IMG/VR virus record: IMGVR_UViG_3300044611_002466
Span: 124,231-188,230 of that record
Strand: one strand, 5' to 3'
From: a virus
Length of the DNA: 64,000 nt
Part shown: positions 45,501 to 55,168 of the stretch, in pieces
How the letters are laid out: each line of letters begins with the position of its first letter
How positions within the stretch are numbered: position 1 is the stretch's first letter
Notes under the pieces: generated by a model
What the model was told of the DNA's origin: nothing
The model's input: the letters and a program-made list of their open reading frames with translations, nothing else
Database searches by the model: none
Made by a program: the position numbers and the translations under genes

Positions 45501-47396
45501 GACGACGTCGTCTCGGCAATGACGGCATTGTCCCGCGGTATTCAGGTGGTCGACTATCTGACGGACCCGTTGTGGTGGAAGTCGAGCAACTCGACGGGCG
45601 CCGACGAGCTGCGCAAGTTCCACACCTGGCAGGTGCTGATCGACGCCAGCCAAGTCGACTCGCGGGACATCCCGCTCATCTCGGACTTCTGCAAGGGAAT
45701 CCGCCCGATCTACACGATGCCCAAGGTGGTGCTGGCGCTCTACCTCTACGACACGGTGACCTGCGCCGAGCGCCTGACTTTGTCCGGGGACCTGATCTTC
45801 TACGACGACCCGATCCTGAGCCTGGAGTCGACTCACATGGTCGACTCCTACAACGGCAGCAGCTTGGCGCAGCGCGTCTTCGATCACGGGTCCTTCTCCA
45901 CGAGGACACTCTTCGAGGGCGTCGACCTGGTAACGGCCGCGGGGACCGGAACTGTGACATCCGAGCGCGGCGGGTTCATGGGGGTGCTCGACGCCGCCCC
46001 CCTGAGCCACGCCCCCGACGAGCCGGTGGCCTTGCTCCTCGGGGTCAACAGCGCGTTCGAGGAGGGCGTTTACTACCGCGGGACGCCCCTTGTGCGGGCC
46101 GGCGACGTCTTGTTCATCCGGGATGGGGTCAACCGAGGCCGCTACCGGGTTGTGGAAGTCGTCAGCGACACAGAGCTCTCCATCGAGGAGCTCGAGGACT
46201 ACCCGCCCACGACGCGGCCCACCGAGGAGATCGAGGCGCGGACCGGCCAAATCTTCCAGATTCAACGGGAAGACTCTCACATCCTTGTGGCGGACGGCGT
46301 TGGCAGCGTCATCAGTCAGGACGGTACCGGCGACGACGCTGTGAGCGTGATCGAGGACATGACGGCCGGTTTTCGCTGGAACGGCGTGGCTGTGGGAGAC
46401 CTGCTCATCGCCACCGAGTTTCTCGGCGCCGGCGTACCGGGGGTGTACGAGGTCCTCGAGGTCGGTACATGGCTTGACGGAGATCGCGTTGACCTGGACA
46501 CCCGACTCATCGTCAGGGGAGCTCTTCCGGTAGGGGACACCTTCGCCTACTACGTGATGCGGGACGGCCTGCGCACCAACCCGTTGATCGAGGTCGACAA
46601 CCTCGAGCTCAGCATCGGGGTCAGCTCGGTGTCGAGCATGGGCACGGACTTCGTCCTCACGCATCTGCGCCCAGGGGACCAGATCGAGTTCGTGGACGGA
46701 ACGTACGCGGGCCAGGCGTTCGACATCATCGAGGCGTCGACGGGCCTGCTCCACCTGCGCAACTTCGTCTCGGCGGTGAACGAGTCCGGGGTCTCTGCCC
46801 GTGTGGTCCGCCCGTCCGTCTTCGAGCGGGAGGACCCTCGTGACGAAGACTGGGAGCTCGAGAAGTTCTGTCTGGACGACAACGTGTCGATGGTGATCCT
46901 CGAGCCCCGCCTTGATGTCGTAGGCCCTCTTGCCGACCTTGAGCTCGTGCTCGACGTGTCGGACCCGCTGCCCGAGAACTGGATTGCGACGGTGTCGTCA
47001 GTCGTGGACCTCGAGACTGCGGGAGTCCAGGCGGGCGACAAGCTCTCCATCGACAACGCCCATGCCAACTCCGGCGTGTTCGAGGTGACGAACGTCGACG
47101 GCACGACTGCCACCATCAGAGGCCTGTGGCGCGAAGCGGAGGGGCCCGTTTCCGGCACCTTCTCGACGCTCAACCCCGTCTGGGACGTCTCGAACTTCCA
47201 GGCTGTGCTCACGACATGGCCCCTGACGACCATCACCGACCTCGGCGACGTCGTCGTCCCTGGTGACGTGCTCGAGCTGCCTGGGGTGGACGGAACGCCC
47301 TTCGTGATCGCCGCCGCCTCGGGCGATACGCTCACCCTCACCCGTGATACGGGAATCACGACCATGTGCGCAGGGCGCGTCACCCGGAGGACTTGA
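42558..47396 (+). CDS. large baseplate/tail structural protein, 1612 aa, with N-terminal PKD-like domain
   Basis: LNGRAS...LSYAWAI...FVPDITGEYTIRLVV; internal wedge-like segment (GPTVRNV...GLP). Confidence 0.7.
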   Translation: MPPARISALHGFTVEPARAKPVAVISPGASSKVVGAVIRLNGRASTSADGAELSYAWAITATPLGSTVTETSNVDEDGSVVTFVPDITGEYTIRLVVSTPYRSSDPVFATAEATAVLLPLTLRTTPNGKLLFQVVSSFWKMVEHSAVFSTIWSGYMQLTGNELLRAFQVDYGKSIDTIQELFQRRWISYEPALELDSSQCTVVYGRHQGGTRAFTASGVLAGVGVIIDEREVVLLDGIPTAAAIGSELVVYTSGGVPGNCGEYTINRLNSDRSGYIVSASTVFPQPLDDRIAELSSLVTIAGSTTVYDANLAQDFVALGVAAGDVLRLAAGADSGFYTITAVNVGNVRTFTVDRAPTKTSASRSGSIFNAVRISAGKVASAATSTVFLPADEADLTVLDARTLAGAGTLVSAYELVVEPRHILSGMVGEQLYLTTGGAAGRAYTITGINTAENGYRVGSSFGAASYPVDITYSLTSNASIADRVLILEDEAYEIVSASYDSGVDPEDGGRGAAWVVVLAEASAPAGREGMSWRIAATLSTKEHADLEELGLTAGDLLILEAVREDTQFAGEIPCYVFGVAGSKISFDIGKALPALGAYGNLSEQEILDLVNGLRIPRAYRDDSDELQVILAAEEALATVRSAAFSTTYSNIPLTDSTVLAVGPYELTCRVKKLIRNCRIPVDKTLLSAPSLFEYIAESTTGVNTAGEVVLVTEEGTVTTLARAPLELVENRDYTISAEGSTSGTNLATTAGSNILTIPGGDLLDRDLRVGDYVDITSGLDQGRFYVSAVLDAERVRASTQDGAAPATTASALRYTLVRRVQGNFLRFVDGMFTPESPAPDRFWAQLSLFDNNPTIEDNFGALVGVTKEQLDMYGSSQVSYRGAVRALMYAWSSGPTVRNVTIGTHVLMGLPVTEVRGTIINIDVNYDTTRSRGRVLVEDLTVEGQPSGLVRSYFFAASEEAGLPTFQGLATNPATGVQFAVDDVVSAMTALSRGIQVVDYLTDPLWWKSSNSTGADELRKFHTWQVLIDASQVDSRDIPLISDFCKGIRPIYTMPKVVLALYLYDTVTCAERLTLSGDLIFYDDPILSLESTHMVDSYNGSSLAQRVFDHGSFSTRTLFEGVDLVTAAGTGTVTSERGGFMGVLDAAPLSHAPDEPVALLLGVNSAFEEGVYYRGTPLVRAGDVLFIRDGVNRGRYRVVEVVSDTELSIEELEDYPPTTRPTEEIEARTGQIFQIQREDSHILVADGVGSVISQDGTGDDAVSVIEDMTAGFRWNGVAVGDLLIATEFLGAGVPGVYEVLEVGTWLDGDRVDLDTRLIVRGALPVGDTFAYYVMRDGLRTNPLIEVDNLELSIGVSSVSSMGTDFVLTHLRPGDQIEFVDGTYAGQAFDIIEASTGLLHLRNFVSAVNESGVSARVVRPSVFEREDPRDEDWELEKFCLDDNVSMVILEPRLDVVGPLADLELVLDVSDPLPENWIATVSSVVDLETAGVQAGDKLSIDNAHANSGVFEVTNVDGTTATIRGLWREAEGPVSGTFSTLNPVWDVSNFQAVLTTWPLTTITDLGDVVVPGDVLELPGVDGTPFVIAAASGDTLTLTRDTGITTMCAGRVTRRT

Positions 47397-47587
47397 TGTT
47401 GAGGAAGTTCTTGAAGGAAAAGACACGCGTGCTGGACGCCCTGCGCATCTTCGGAGGGAAGCACGCCTCCGGGGAGCGAGGCATTCGCATGCCGGACGGG
47501 TCTCCCGTCCCGGTCGAACACATCATGAGCACCTTCGGGGTGGACCACGCGCGTGCGGCTGAGATCGCGCAAAGGCAGACACGATGA
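47396..47587 (+). CDS. small basic protein, 63 aa
   Basis: TGATG coupling upstream and ATGA coupling downstream. Confidence 0.65.
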   Translation: MLRKFLKEKTRVLDALRIFGGKHASGERGIRMPDGSPVPVEHIMSTFGVDHARAAEIAQRQTR

Positions 47588-48207
47588 GCCTGATCTCCAT
47601 TTTCCGCAGCCTCCTCCCGAGCCGGGCCTTCTCCGACATCTTCAAGCACAGCCCGCAGATCAAGGGGCACTTCCAGCTCGAGACGCGAGAGGGCGGGAAG
47701 CTCCGCCAGCGCTCCGAGGGCTTCAACATCTGGACGCTGACGGGGCGGGAGTACATCGCCGAGGTCGTCGCGCTGCGGGCGCGGAGCCCCAGGACGACCT
47801 TCCGCGATGACCGCATCGCCTTCATCGGCATGGGCTCGGGCGCGCAGTCCGAGGTCTCCAGCATCGAGTCGCTCGTCGACCCCGTGGTCTACAAGGCCGG
47901 GGAGTACTTGGCGGCGCTCGACGCGCCGGCCACCTTCCCGACGTCCGGGACCTCCACGACGAACACCACGGTGCGCTTCCTTCGCGAGTTCTCCCAGGGC
48001 GAGATCAGCCTCGGCTACAACGTCGTGCTCACCGAGGCGGGGCTCTTCACCGACGGAGACCCCAACAATGACTGGGCCTACGAGGTTCCTGTCACCGACT
48101 TCGCCGCCGCTGCCGGGCGCGCGCCCATGGCCTACAAGACCTATGAACCCGTCACCAAGACGGTAGACTTCACGCTGCGGGCGATCTGGGATCTCCGAAT
48201 CGTGTGA
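47584..48207 (+). CDS. tail fibre attachment/collar-type baseplate protein
   Basis: IGMGSG...VRF...LTEAGLF...YKTYEPVTKT..F.L...W. Confidence 0.65.
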   Translation: MSLISIFRSLLPSRAFSDIFKHSPQIKGHFQLETREGGKLRQRSEGFNIWTLTGREYIAEVVALRARSPRTTFRDDRIAFIGMGSGAQSEVSSIESLVDPVVYKAGEYLAALDAPATFPTSGTSTTNTTVRFLREFSQGEISLGYNVVLTEAGLFTDGDPNNDWAYEVPVTDFAAAAGRAPMAYKTYEPVTKTVDFTLRAIWDLRIV

Positions 48208-48223
48208 CGAGCGAGGGACTGCA

Positions 48224-51200
48224 ATGTCGACGAAGTACATCCGACGGCCGTTCGCCATGGGCAACACCGCCAACCCGGTGGTGGTGATTCCTGAGCTGCG
48301 TGGCTCACTGTTGAAGAACGCGTCCGGGGGGTTTTCGGGGCTGCCGTTACCCAGCGAGCTCGCGATCGAGACGGAGGAGCTCACTACCGCCGGCGGCGTG
48401 TCCGTCGTGTTCTCCACCGCGACCACCATGACTCAGATCCTCGCGGACATCGCCGGCACCGCCGGCCTGGTCGGGTTCGTGACGGCTGAAGAGGTCGAGG
48501 GCTGTCTTGTCCTGCGGAGCACCGGTTCCGGGGAGGGGGCCTACATCCGCATCATGCCGCCGGTCTCCGGATTCGACGACGCGTCGGCCGTCTTTGGGTT
48601 CGACGTGTACCCCCACCCGCTCGCGACGGTCAGCGCTGGCGACCTCCTGGATGCTCCCGCCCGTCCCCGCCAACAGGTCAACCCGGTGGGGACGAAGTTC
48701 ATCGCGACGGGGGAGGATCGCGTCGGCGCAGCGTACAACCGAGCCCTCCAGATGCTCGCGCTGAACGCCGACACGCTCTACACCTGGCTGCAGCGGTCCC
48801 TGGCCCGGCCTGTGGGCCTCACGATCAACGCCGCCGACCACGCGGCGTACTTGGTCACGAACATCGACGGGAGCATCGCTCAGCTCGACCTCTCGAACCT
48901 CGCGGCGTTCGACTCCGCGCTGGCAGATGTGCGGCTCTGTGTTGGTGGCTCCATCGGACTGTCGAGAAGCAGCAGCCTTCGCGAGATCTCGGAGCTGTAC
49001 GAAGTCACAGACGCCGAGCTGAAGGAGATCCCGGCCCAGGACAGGATCGTCCGCATCGGGGCGGTCACTCGAGGACAGCGGACGGCCGTGCTGCCCACGT
49101 TCGTGGACGAGACCAGCGCGCCGTCGACCCCCGTGCCGGACACCTACCGCACCAGTGTCGATGGCGGGAACGCGCTCGGCGTCGACCGAGCGAAGCACGC
49201 CGGCGTCGTCATCTCTGAGATCCGCCAGCGCACGACCATAGTCTGCACCGGTGCGACCTTCGTCACGAACGGAGTCACCGCCGGAGACGTGGCCACCATC
49301 ACGGGCGCCGCCGTGAGCAGCCCGTTCAACCACGATGGCACCTACCTCGTGGAGACGGTCGTGTCGGAGGAAGAGCTCGTGCTCCGACCCGCCGACACGT
49401 CGGAGACCTGCCGCGAGCTCAACCCCGCGGCCGGGGCCTTCGGCTCGGTGGTCATCACCTCTGGAGGGGAGTGGGAGCGGTCCCTCTGGGTCTCGTTCTA
49501 CCCGCCGATACCGAGAATGCCGGAGGGCGGGTCGTTCGTCCTCGTCGTTCCGGTAGAGACCGCGCTGGGCGCGCTGGCCCTGGCCGACATCGCCCGGGGC
49601 AGCACGCGCACGAACAACAACGTCGCCGGCTGGGCAGTCCTCAACCTGTGGCGCGGGTTGACGCTCTCCGGGCTCTACCAGGGGATGGCCGGGCAGAACG
49701 GCAGCGGCTTCTTCGGATCCATCACGCACCGCCCTCTCCGCCTGGACCGACAGGCCGCGGCGACCACCGCAGCGGGCACTACCGCGCGCAGCAGCACGGG
49801 CACGTCCACCCTGGACCTGCACACGCTCCGCCTGACGGCCGCCGCCACGGACCGCTTCGACACCGCCGACGTCGGCCTCACGATCCTCCTCACGACACCG
49901 GCGTCGGTCTTCTACGCGGACGAGCCCTGGACGGTCGTCCGCCTGATCGACAACTCCACCGTCGAGCTGGCCCCGCCCATCTTCAGGGCCGGGTACCAGG
50001 AGGCGGACGGCTCCACACTGCCGATCACGTCGTGGAGCCTGGTTGAAGGAGACGCCATCGATCTGCACGGGGCCATGCACGTCGTGTCCCCCGAGTACTT
50101 CGGGGAAGGGGACGACGCCCCGGCGGAGGGCGGCTACGTCTTCTCGCGCGAGCAGCGCGATGAGAGCTCCACCGCACCGCCCGTGCCGGGCTTCTTCTCC
50201 TTCCTGCACCTCGAGCGCATTCGCCTCACCGCGGACGGCACGAACATCACGGTCACGGCGGCGGGTCCGCTCTCTGCCGACGACGTGTTGCCGCTCAGCT
50301 TCGCGCCGGAGGACACCTCGAACATCTTCGGCGAGTCCTACGAGACCAAGACGGGTGCCTTGCAGTCGTCTCTGACCTTCGTCCGTCTCCTGAACGGGAA
50401 GAACGCAGGGCTGTACCGCGTGAAGGACGTGAAGGACGCGAGTGTCAGCGTCGACGCCATCACGGTCCAGCGCCTCGATGGGACGCCCGTGGTGTTCACC
50501 GCCGAGACCGAGGTCCAGGTCTGCTTCTACAACGCGAAGGTGGGCGCGTCCGTGCCCATTCATGGCGGACCAGGCGCGGCCGCGGTCTTCAGCAGCGCGA
50601 TGAGCCTGTTTGCCGACGCGAAGGAGCCAGACCACGCTGCCGACTACGGCCTCCGCCTGGGCTGGCGTGGCGTGGGTGGTGGGATCGTCGCCTACGTCAA
50701 TGACCCCGAGTTCAAGGCGTACGACAACGGGGACGCGGGGGACGGACCCCTCATCACAGCCGTCCTCCACGCGCCTGCGGACGGCATCGACATCAAGACG
50801 ACGGGGGCTGACTCGGGGGCGACAGCACGTCGCGCGTCGTTCGGATTCCGTGTCCGGGCCCATACCAACCGCCACAACTACGCACTCTCGAACCCGGGGG
50901 CGGCGGGGCCCCTCTTCCACTCGCAGGCGTCGTTCGGTGGGTACGTCGGGCAGACCGGCAGCGACCCCGCCCTCGTCCTCGTGAAGCAGGACAGGGACGA
51001 GGCCGGGGACGAGAGCACGCAGTACTCCAAGCTCACCCCGAGCGCCGCACTCCTTGTCGGCCGTGCGGGGCCCTCGAGCGCAGACGACCTCTCCGGCCCC
51101 TCTGGACGCGGTTCCGCGCTCGAGGCCGCCGGCTCCATCTACGCCTACCGACACACCTTCACGGCGGGGAGCAACCCCGCCTGGAGCGAGGGAGGCATCT

Positions 51201-53824
51201 ACTCCGAGGACGTCCTGGGGGCTGGCCGCTGGCTCTACCCGACCGTCGGCGTCTACGACTTCGGGGCGTCTCCGTACGCCGGGACGGGGTCCTTCTCCGG
51301 CTGGGAGGCCCCCACCCAGCTCGGCAACGCCGGGCAGGTGTACCCACCGGGAGTCGCGGACGCGGCGGTGAGCGCGGAGCTGCTCGCCCCTGACTACGCC
51401 ATCTTCAACTACGCGCACTCCGGCATCGTGCACATCGCGGACGTGAGCGCGATGGTCCCCCCGATCGCCGCGCCCTTCAACCGCTTCGTGGGCTGCCGTT
51501 TCAAGATCGACGACGCTGCGGCAGATCTCGACCAGGTCGAGTTCGCCATCGTGGGCTCGGTGGTGTCTGCAGAGAACCGCCTCTACCTCGCGCTGCACAG
51601 TGAGACAGAGACCATCGACGTGGACGCGGGCCAGGACCGCGAGTTCAAGATCCTGGGGCAGCGCTGGCACGAAGCGCACCTCAACGTGGGCGAGTACCTC
51701 TTCTTCGGTACCAGCCTCGGACGGGGCTCGCTGGAAGACGTCCCGCTGGTCGGACTGCTCGCGGACGAGATCAACAGCGCGGTGTCGCGCGGACCGCTCG
51801 CCACGCCCTCCTACCCGGAGCTGCAGACGGTCGAGGCACTCTCCCCCTACTCGTGGACTGGTCACGATGGTGTTCGTATCGGACTTGCCTCTGGGCTGTC
51901 GGATATGCCGAATGTCGACGTCACCTCGACAGCGTACGCCAGCGCGATCACATGGCCAGAGGGCGCCCACACCTTCGTACACCATGGGTGGGCCGAGGAC
52001 TCCTTCGAGCCCCGCGGAGCGTTCCCCAACTTCGCGTCAGTTGCGGTGGATCAGGCGCTCGATGCGGGAGATCCGACGCTCGACAGCACGTACAAAGGCT
52101 CACTGCTCGTCAACGACGTAGCGATCTCGTTTCCTGGCTCGGGCACGGCAGGCCAGTTGACTTGGTCTGAGAGGTGGGGCGGATGCCTCCACCTGAACCG
52201 AAGCTCTGCCGGGCCCGCTATGCAGATGCGCGTCTGGCGGCCCGGACACTCGGTTGTATTTCAGAGCCACCTGTCACTGCGCGTAACGCTCCTCGTACGG
52301 GTACACGACTCGAAGTCATTGACCATCGCGCTGCGGAAGGCGAACGGCGACGCCGTTGCAACCGGGGATGCGGCGGTTCTGGCCAGTACCACGCCCCAGG
52401 AGGTCGTTGTTGATCTGAGCGTTCTCGACGAGGCCGTCCTTCACGAAGGCGCCGTAGGCTCCGTCGCCGCGGACCGCAGCGCGGAGATGCTCTTCCCCAC
52501 GCTCGACATCCGCGTGGAGAACACCGGTGGCGACGTCTACCTTCTCGAGTTCAGGGTGGAGCAGCTGACGCGGCCCATCCTGCAGGATGGGCCGCTCCTG
52601 GTGGCGGGCCCGATCCTCGCGCACGCCTTTCGCCACACCGAGGCTGTCAAGGGGTACGACACGCGCGGTCCCCTGGACGCGGACATGCTCACGGGCAGTG
52701 GGTACGGCCTTGCGACCGCATCGCTCGACCCGATCCTCTCTTCGGATCCGGACTCTGTGTGGGATCGCATCGGCGAACAGGAGGTAGACGGGACTCCGGG
52801 ACGCATTCGCGCGAACCTCAGCGGTGGCGGTGATCTCTGGCACCAGATGGTAGCTCCCAGAGAGCTCTTCTTCTCCAGGGGACCCGCCTCCGCCACCATC
52901 ACGTTGGTGAACGGCGCGTACGACCCCCTCTTCTTCATCTACAAGACATGCGACACGACGGGGGTGGACTCGGACATCCATAGCGAGAACTTCCAACTGC
53001 CTGGTAGGACCGGATTCTCGATACCGTTCGACCCGCCGCACGGGGCGCTGCTCACATCCCTCGCGCTCAGTATGAGCTTTCGACCGAACTACTACACCGG
53101 CGATGACGAGCTGCACTGGGGCATCTTCCGCGCGTTGAATGCGACGGGACTCATCACCCTGGGCAGCAGCGCCACCGTCAAGGAGGTCCTGGACAAGGCG
53201 ACAAACGATACGGCCGCGGGGGTCTATGTGGACCTTTGGAGACACAACGCACTGGATACTGGAATCGTGGAGCCGCAGAATGCCGAGTTTAGCGAGGCAC
53301 TGCCGCTCTTCGGGTATCCCGAACGGCTTGCACGTCTCCCCATCGATCTGTCCGGCGTAGCGCCTCCGACGTGGCGTGCAAATCAAGTAGATCCCACGAA
53401 GGTCCCTGTACTCACCGGACGCGGAGCCGAGGTGTTTGCCGGACAGGAGCACTTCGTCCGGAGGAGCTGGGACCTACTTCAGGCGGTCGACGCCGCGCAC
53501 CATCAGGCGCTACGAGTCGATCGCAGGCAATACACGTACTTCATCACGATCTCGTTCTGGGGCGGCCCTCGCGGTACGGGTACGCTCGACGGCAGCACCG
53601 TCTACGAGTACTCCAGGATCCCTGTAGGGGTGATGGCGGAGCACAATGACGGCATCACGCTGGGCGGCACTCTGGGCGACCCCACTGTGCGCGTTGCGGC
53701 AGGCTACCCCGGCGAGTACGGCGGTCCGAACAACGCGGACAACATGAACTTCCCGCCCCAGGCGAAGTTCCGCGGTGCCCGACTTGGGTGGATCACGGAC
53801 CGCGCAGGGAACGGGGGCTGGTAG
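48224..53824 (+). CDS. large tail fibre/receptor-binding-type virion protein, 1866 aa
   Basis: Last gene of the tail operon; mosaic beta-rich composition. Confidence 0.65.
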   Translation: MSTKYIRRPFAMGNTANPVVVIPELRGSLLKNASGGFSGLPLPSELAIETEELTTAGGVSVVFSTATTMTQILADIAGTAGLVGFVTAEEVEGCLVLRSTGSGEGAYIRIMPPVSGFDDASAVFGFDVYPHPLATVSAGDLLDAPARPRQQVNPVGTKFIATGEDRVGAAYNRALQMLALNADTLYTWLQRSLARPVGLTINAADHAAYLVTNIDGSIAQLDLSNLAAFDSALADVRLCVGGSIGLSRSSSLREISELYEVTDAELKEIPAQDRIVRIGAVTRGQRTAVLPTFVDETSAPSTPVPDTYRTSVDGGNALGVDRAKHAGVVISEIRQRTTIVCTGATFVTNGVTAGDVATITGAAVSSPFNHDGTYLVETVVSEEELVLRPADTSETCRELNPAAGAFGSVVITSGGEWERSLWVSFYPPIPRMPEGGSFVLVVPVETALGALALADIARGSTRTNNNVAGWAVLNLWRGLTLSGLYQGMAGQNGSGFFGSITHRPLRLDRQAAATTAAGTTARSSTGTSTLDLHTLRLTAAATDRFDTADVGLTILLTTPASVFYADEPWTVVRLIDNSTVELAPPIFRAGYQEADGSTLPITSWSLVEGDAIDLHGAMHVVSPEYFGEGDDAPAEGGYVFSREQRDESSTAPPVPGFFSFLHLERIRLTADGTNITVTAAGPLSADDVLPLSFAPEDTSNIFGESYETKTGALQSSLTFVRLLNGKNAGLYRVKDVKDASVSVDAITVQRLDGTPVVFTAETEVQVCFYNAKVGASVPIHGGPGAAAVFSSAMSLFADAKEPDHAADYGLRLGWRGVGGGIVAYVNDPEFKAYDNGDAGDGPLITAVLHAPADGIDIKTTGADSGATARRASFGFRVRAHTNRHNYALSNPGAAGPLFHSQASFGGYVGQTGSDPALVLVKQDRDEAGDESTQYSKLTPSAALLVGRAGPSSADDLSGPSGRGSALEAAGSIYAYRHTFTAGSNPAWSEGGIYSEDVLGAGRWLYPTVGVYDFGASPYAGTGSFSGWEAPTQLGNAGQVYPPGVADAAVSAELLAPDYAIFNYAHSGIVHIADVSAMVPPIAAPFNRFVGCRFKIDDAAADLDQVEFAIVGSVVSAENRLYLALHSETETIDVDAGQDREFKILGQRWHEAHLNVGEYLFFGTSLGRGSLEDVPLVGLLADEINSAVSRGPLATPSYPELQTVEALSPYSWTGHDGVRIGLASGLSDMPNVDVTSTAYASAITWPEGAHTFVHHGWAEDSFEPRGAFPNFASVAVDQALDAGDPTLDSTYKGSLLVNDVAISFPGSGTAGQLTWSERWGGCLHLNRSSAGPAMQMRVWRPGHSVVFQSHLSLRVTLLVRVHDSKSLTIALRKANGDAVATGDAAVLASTTPQEVVVDLSVLDEAVLHEGAVGSVAADRSAEMLFPTLDIRVENTGGDVYLLEFRVEQLTRPILQDGPLLVAGPILAHAFRHTEAVKGYDTRGPLDADMLTGSGYGLATASLDPILSSDPDSVWDRIGEQEVDGTPGRIRANLSGGGDLWHQMVAPRELFFSRGPASATITLVNGAYDPLFFIYKTCDTTGVDSDIHSENFQLPGRTGFSIPFDPPHGALLTSLALSMSFRPNYYTGDDELHWGIFRALNATGLITLGSSATVKEVLDKATNDTAAGVYVDLWRHNALDTGIVEPQNAEFSEALPLFGYPERLARLPIDLSGVAPPTWRANQVDPTKVPVLTGRGAEVFAGQEHFVRRSWDLLQAVDAAHHQALRVDRRQYTYFITISFWGGPRGTGTLDGSTVYEYSRIPVGVMAEHNDGITLGGTLGDPTVRVAAGYPGEYGGPNNADNMNFPPQAKFRGARLGWITDRAGNGGW

Positions 53825-53864
53825 GGGCTAAAAGGGAACGGGCGGGGTTGAATCCCGCCCGTTC
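53825..53864. terminator. terminator between convergent blocks: 11-bp stem with CTTTTAGCCC tail on the minus strand
   Basis: GAACGGGCGGG (53836-53846) and CCCGCCCGTTC (53854-53864). Confidence 0.8.
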
Positions 53865-53936
53865 ACAGTGAGCTCGCCGCGCTCAGGTACCTCGCGCCCA
53901 TGTCCCTTGCGGGTGCGATCGGTAGCCCGAGGCGGC

Positions 53937-54077
53937 TCACTCTGAGAGCGGTACACCGAGGCGTAGAAGCTGGCCGAGGAGGGCGGCATCCGCGCTGTTG
54001 ACGTCCAGATAGACATGAAGGTTCTCTTCAGCCCACTGAAGCAGTTCCTCCGTGGAGAGCCCACGGAGGAATGCCAC
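53937..54077 (-). CDS. 46-aa protein missing from the ORF track; helix-extended-helix (Rho-N-like)
   Basis: GAGG RBS then GTG; ...RGLSTEELLQWAEENLHVYLDVNSADAALLGQLLRLGVPLSE*. Confidence 0.6.
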   Translation of the reverse strand: MAFLRGLSTEELLQWAEENLHVYLDVNSADAALLGQLLRLGVPLSE

Positions 54078-54118
54078 GTCTACCTCTACGAAACGCCCCT
54101 CCGAACCCTCTCGGTCGC

Positions 54119-55168
54119 TTAGCCCTGGACGCGCTTCAGGACGTCGCTGAGGTCCTTGTCCTTCTTGTCGATGTCGTTCAGGTAGAGCGACTCGATGCCG
54201 ACGTGCGCCTCGGCGAGCTGGGCCTTCATGCCCTTGAGCGTCTTGGTGGTGTTCGCGTCGGAGGCATCCACCTTCGCGTCCACCTCGGCCAGGACCTTCT
54301 CGATGACGTCGAGGCGCCCGTTGAGAGCATCCAGCCCCTTCGTCACGGTTCCGAGGCTGTTGCTCAGCACGGTGGCCCAGGACGGCTCCACGTCCTTGGC
54401 GGCCGGCTCCGCCGGCTCGTCCTTGGCACCACGACCGCGGCCGCGGGTCGCCGGCTCCGCCGGCTCCTCGTCCTTGGCGGCCCGGCCACGGCGGGCCGGC
54501 TCCGCCGGCTCCGCCGGCTCATCCTTGGCACCCCGGCGGCCGCGGGTCGGCTCCGCGGGCTCCTCATCCTTGGCGCCCCGGCGACCACGGGCCGGCTCCG
54601 CGGGCTCCTCATCCTTGGCACCACGACCGCGGCCGCGGGCCGGCGGCTCAGCCGGCTCCTCGTCCTTGGCGGCCCGGCCACGGCGGGCCGGCGGCTCCTC
54701 CTCATCCTTGGCACCCCGGCGGCCGCGGGCCGGCGGCTCCTCGTCCTTGCCCTTGGCCTTCGCCTTGTCGGTGAGGTCCAGGACCTCTTCGTCGTCGAGC
54801 TTCTCGATGTTGGGGTACTTGGAGGCGAGGAGGGTGTAGATGTCCTCGATCGACTTCTGGAAGAGGGTCATGTCGTTCGCGGCGGCCAGACCGGTGGCAA
54901 TCGCGAGCTGACGAAGGCTGGACTTCTTGGCAGTGGCAGACATCTTGTGCAGTTCCTGTTCATTCGACGGGCTGAAGGACGTTGGAAGCAAGGCGTGCAC
55001 GCCCATCGACTCGAGCACCCTTACACGCGCCGCGTGAACACCACGCGACGCCTCTACATACAACTCACAGCGACTCCTATCCAGCAGCATCCGGGCTGTC
55101 ACCCTCGCGCATTCGGACAGGAACTCGCATTTCAAGCAGTGTCGCGACGTGCCATCAGAGCATGTCAC
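54119..55168 (-). CDS. protein with central KDEEP/RGR tandem repeats and C-terminal coiled coil (alternative start at 54943)
   Basis: Open frame; N-terminal Cys cluster; repeats read directly. Confidence 0.75.
   Translation of the reverse strand: MTCSDGTSRHCLKCEFLSECARVTARMLLDRSRCELYVEASRGVHAARVRVLESMGVHALLPTSFSPSNEQELHKMSATAKKSSLRQLAIATGLAAANDMTLFQKSIEDIYTLLASKYPNIEKLDDEEVLDLTDKAKAKGKDEEPPARGRRGAKDEEEPPARRGRAAKDEEPAEPPARGRGRGAKDEEPAEPARGRRGAKDEEPAEPTRGRRGAKDEPAEPAEPARRGRAAKDEEPAEPATRGRGRGAKDEPAEPAAKDVEPSWATVLSNSLGTVTKGLDALNGRLDVIEKVLAEVDAKVDASDANTTKTLKGMKAQLAEAHVGIESLYLNDIDKKDKDLSDVLKRVQG
54385..54750 (-). repeat. imperfect coding tandem repeat, about 8 units of 39-51 bp
   Basis: Units such as KDEEPAEPARGRRGA; CCTTGGC recurs on the plus strand. 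Confidence 0.9.

Noticed and set aside
48224-53824. Diversity-generating retroelement or invertible tail-fibre cassette
   Set aside because: No reverse transcriptase or invertase, and no template/variable repeat pair noticed by eye; a self-dotplot would be needed to exclude it fully
53825-53936. tRNA or structured RNA at the convergent junction
   Set aside because: A single hairpin explains it; no cloverleaf or TTC-loop arrangement, and the adjacent gap is filled by a 46-aa ORF
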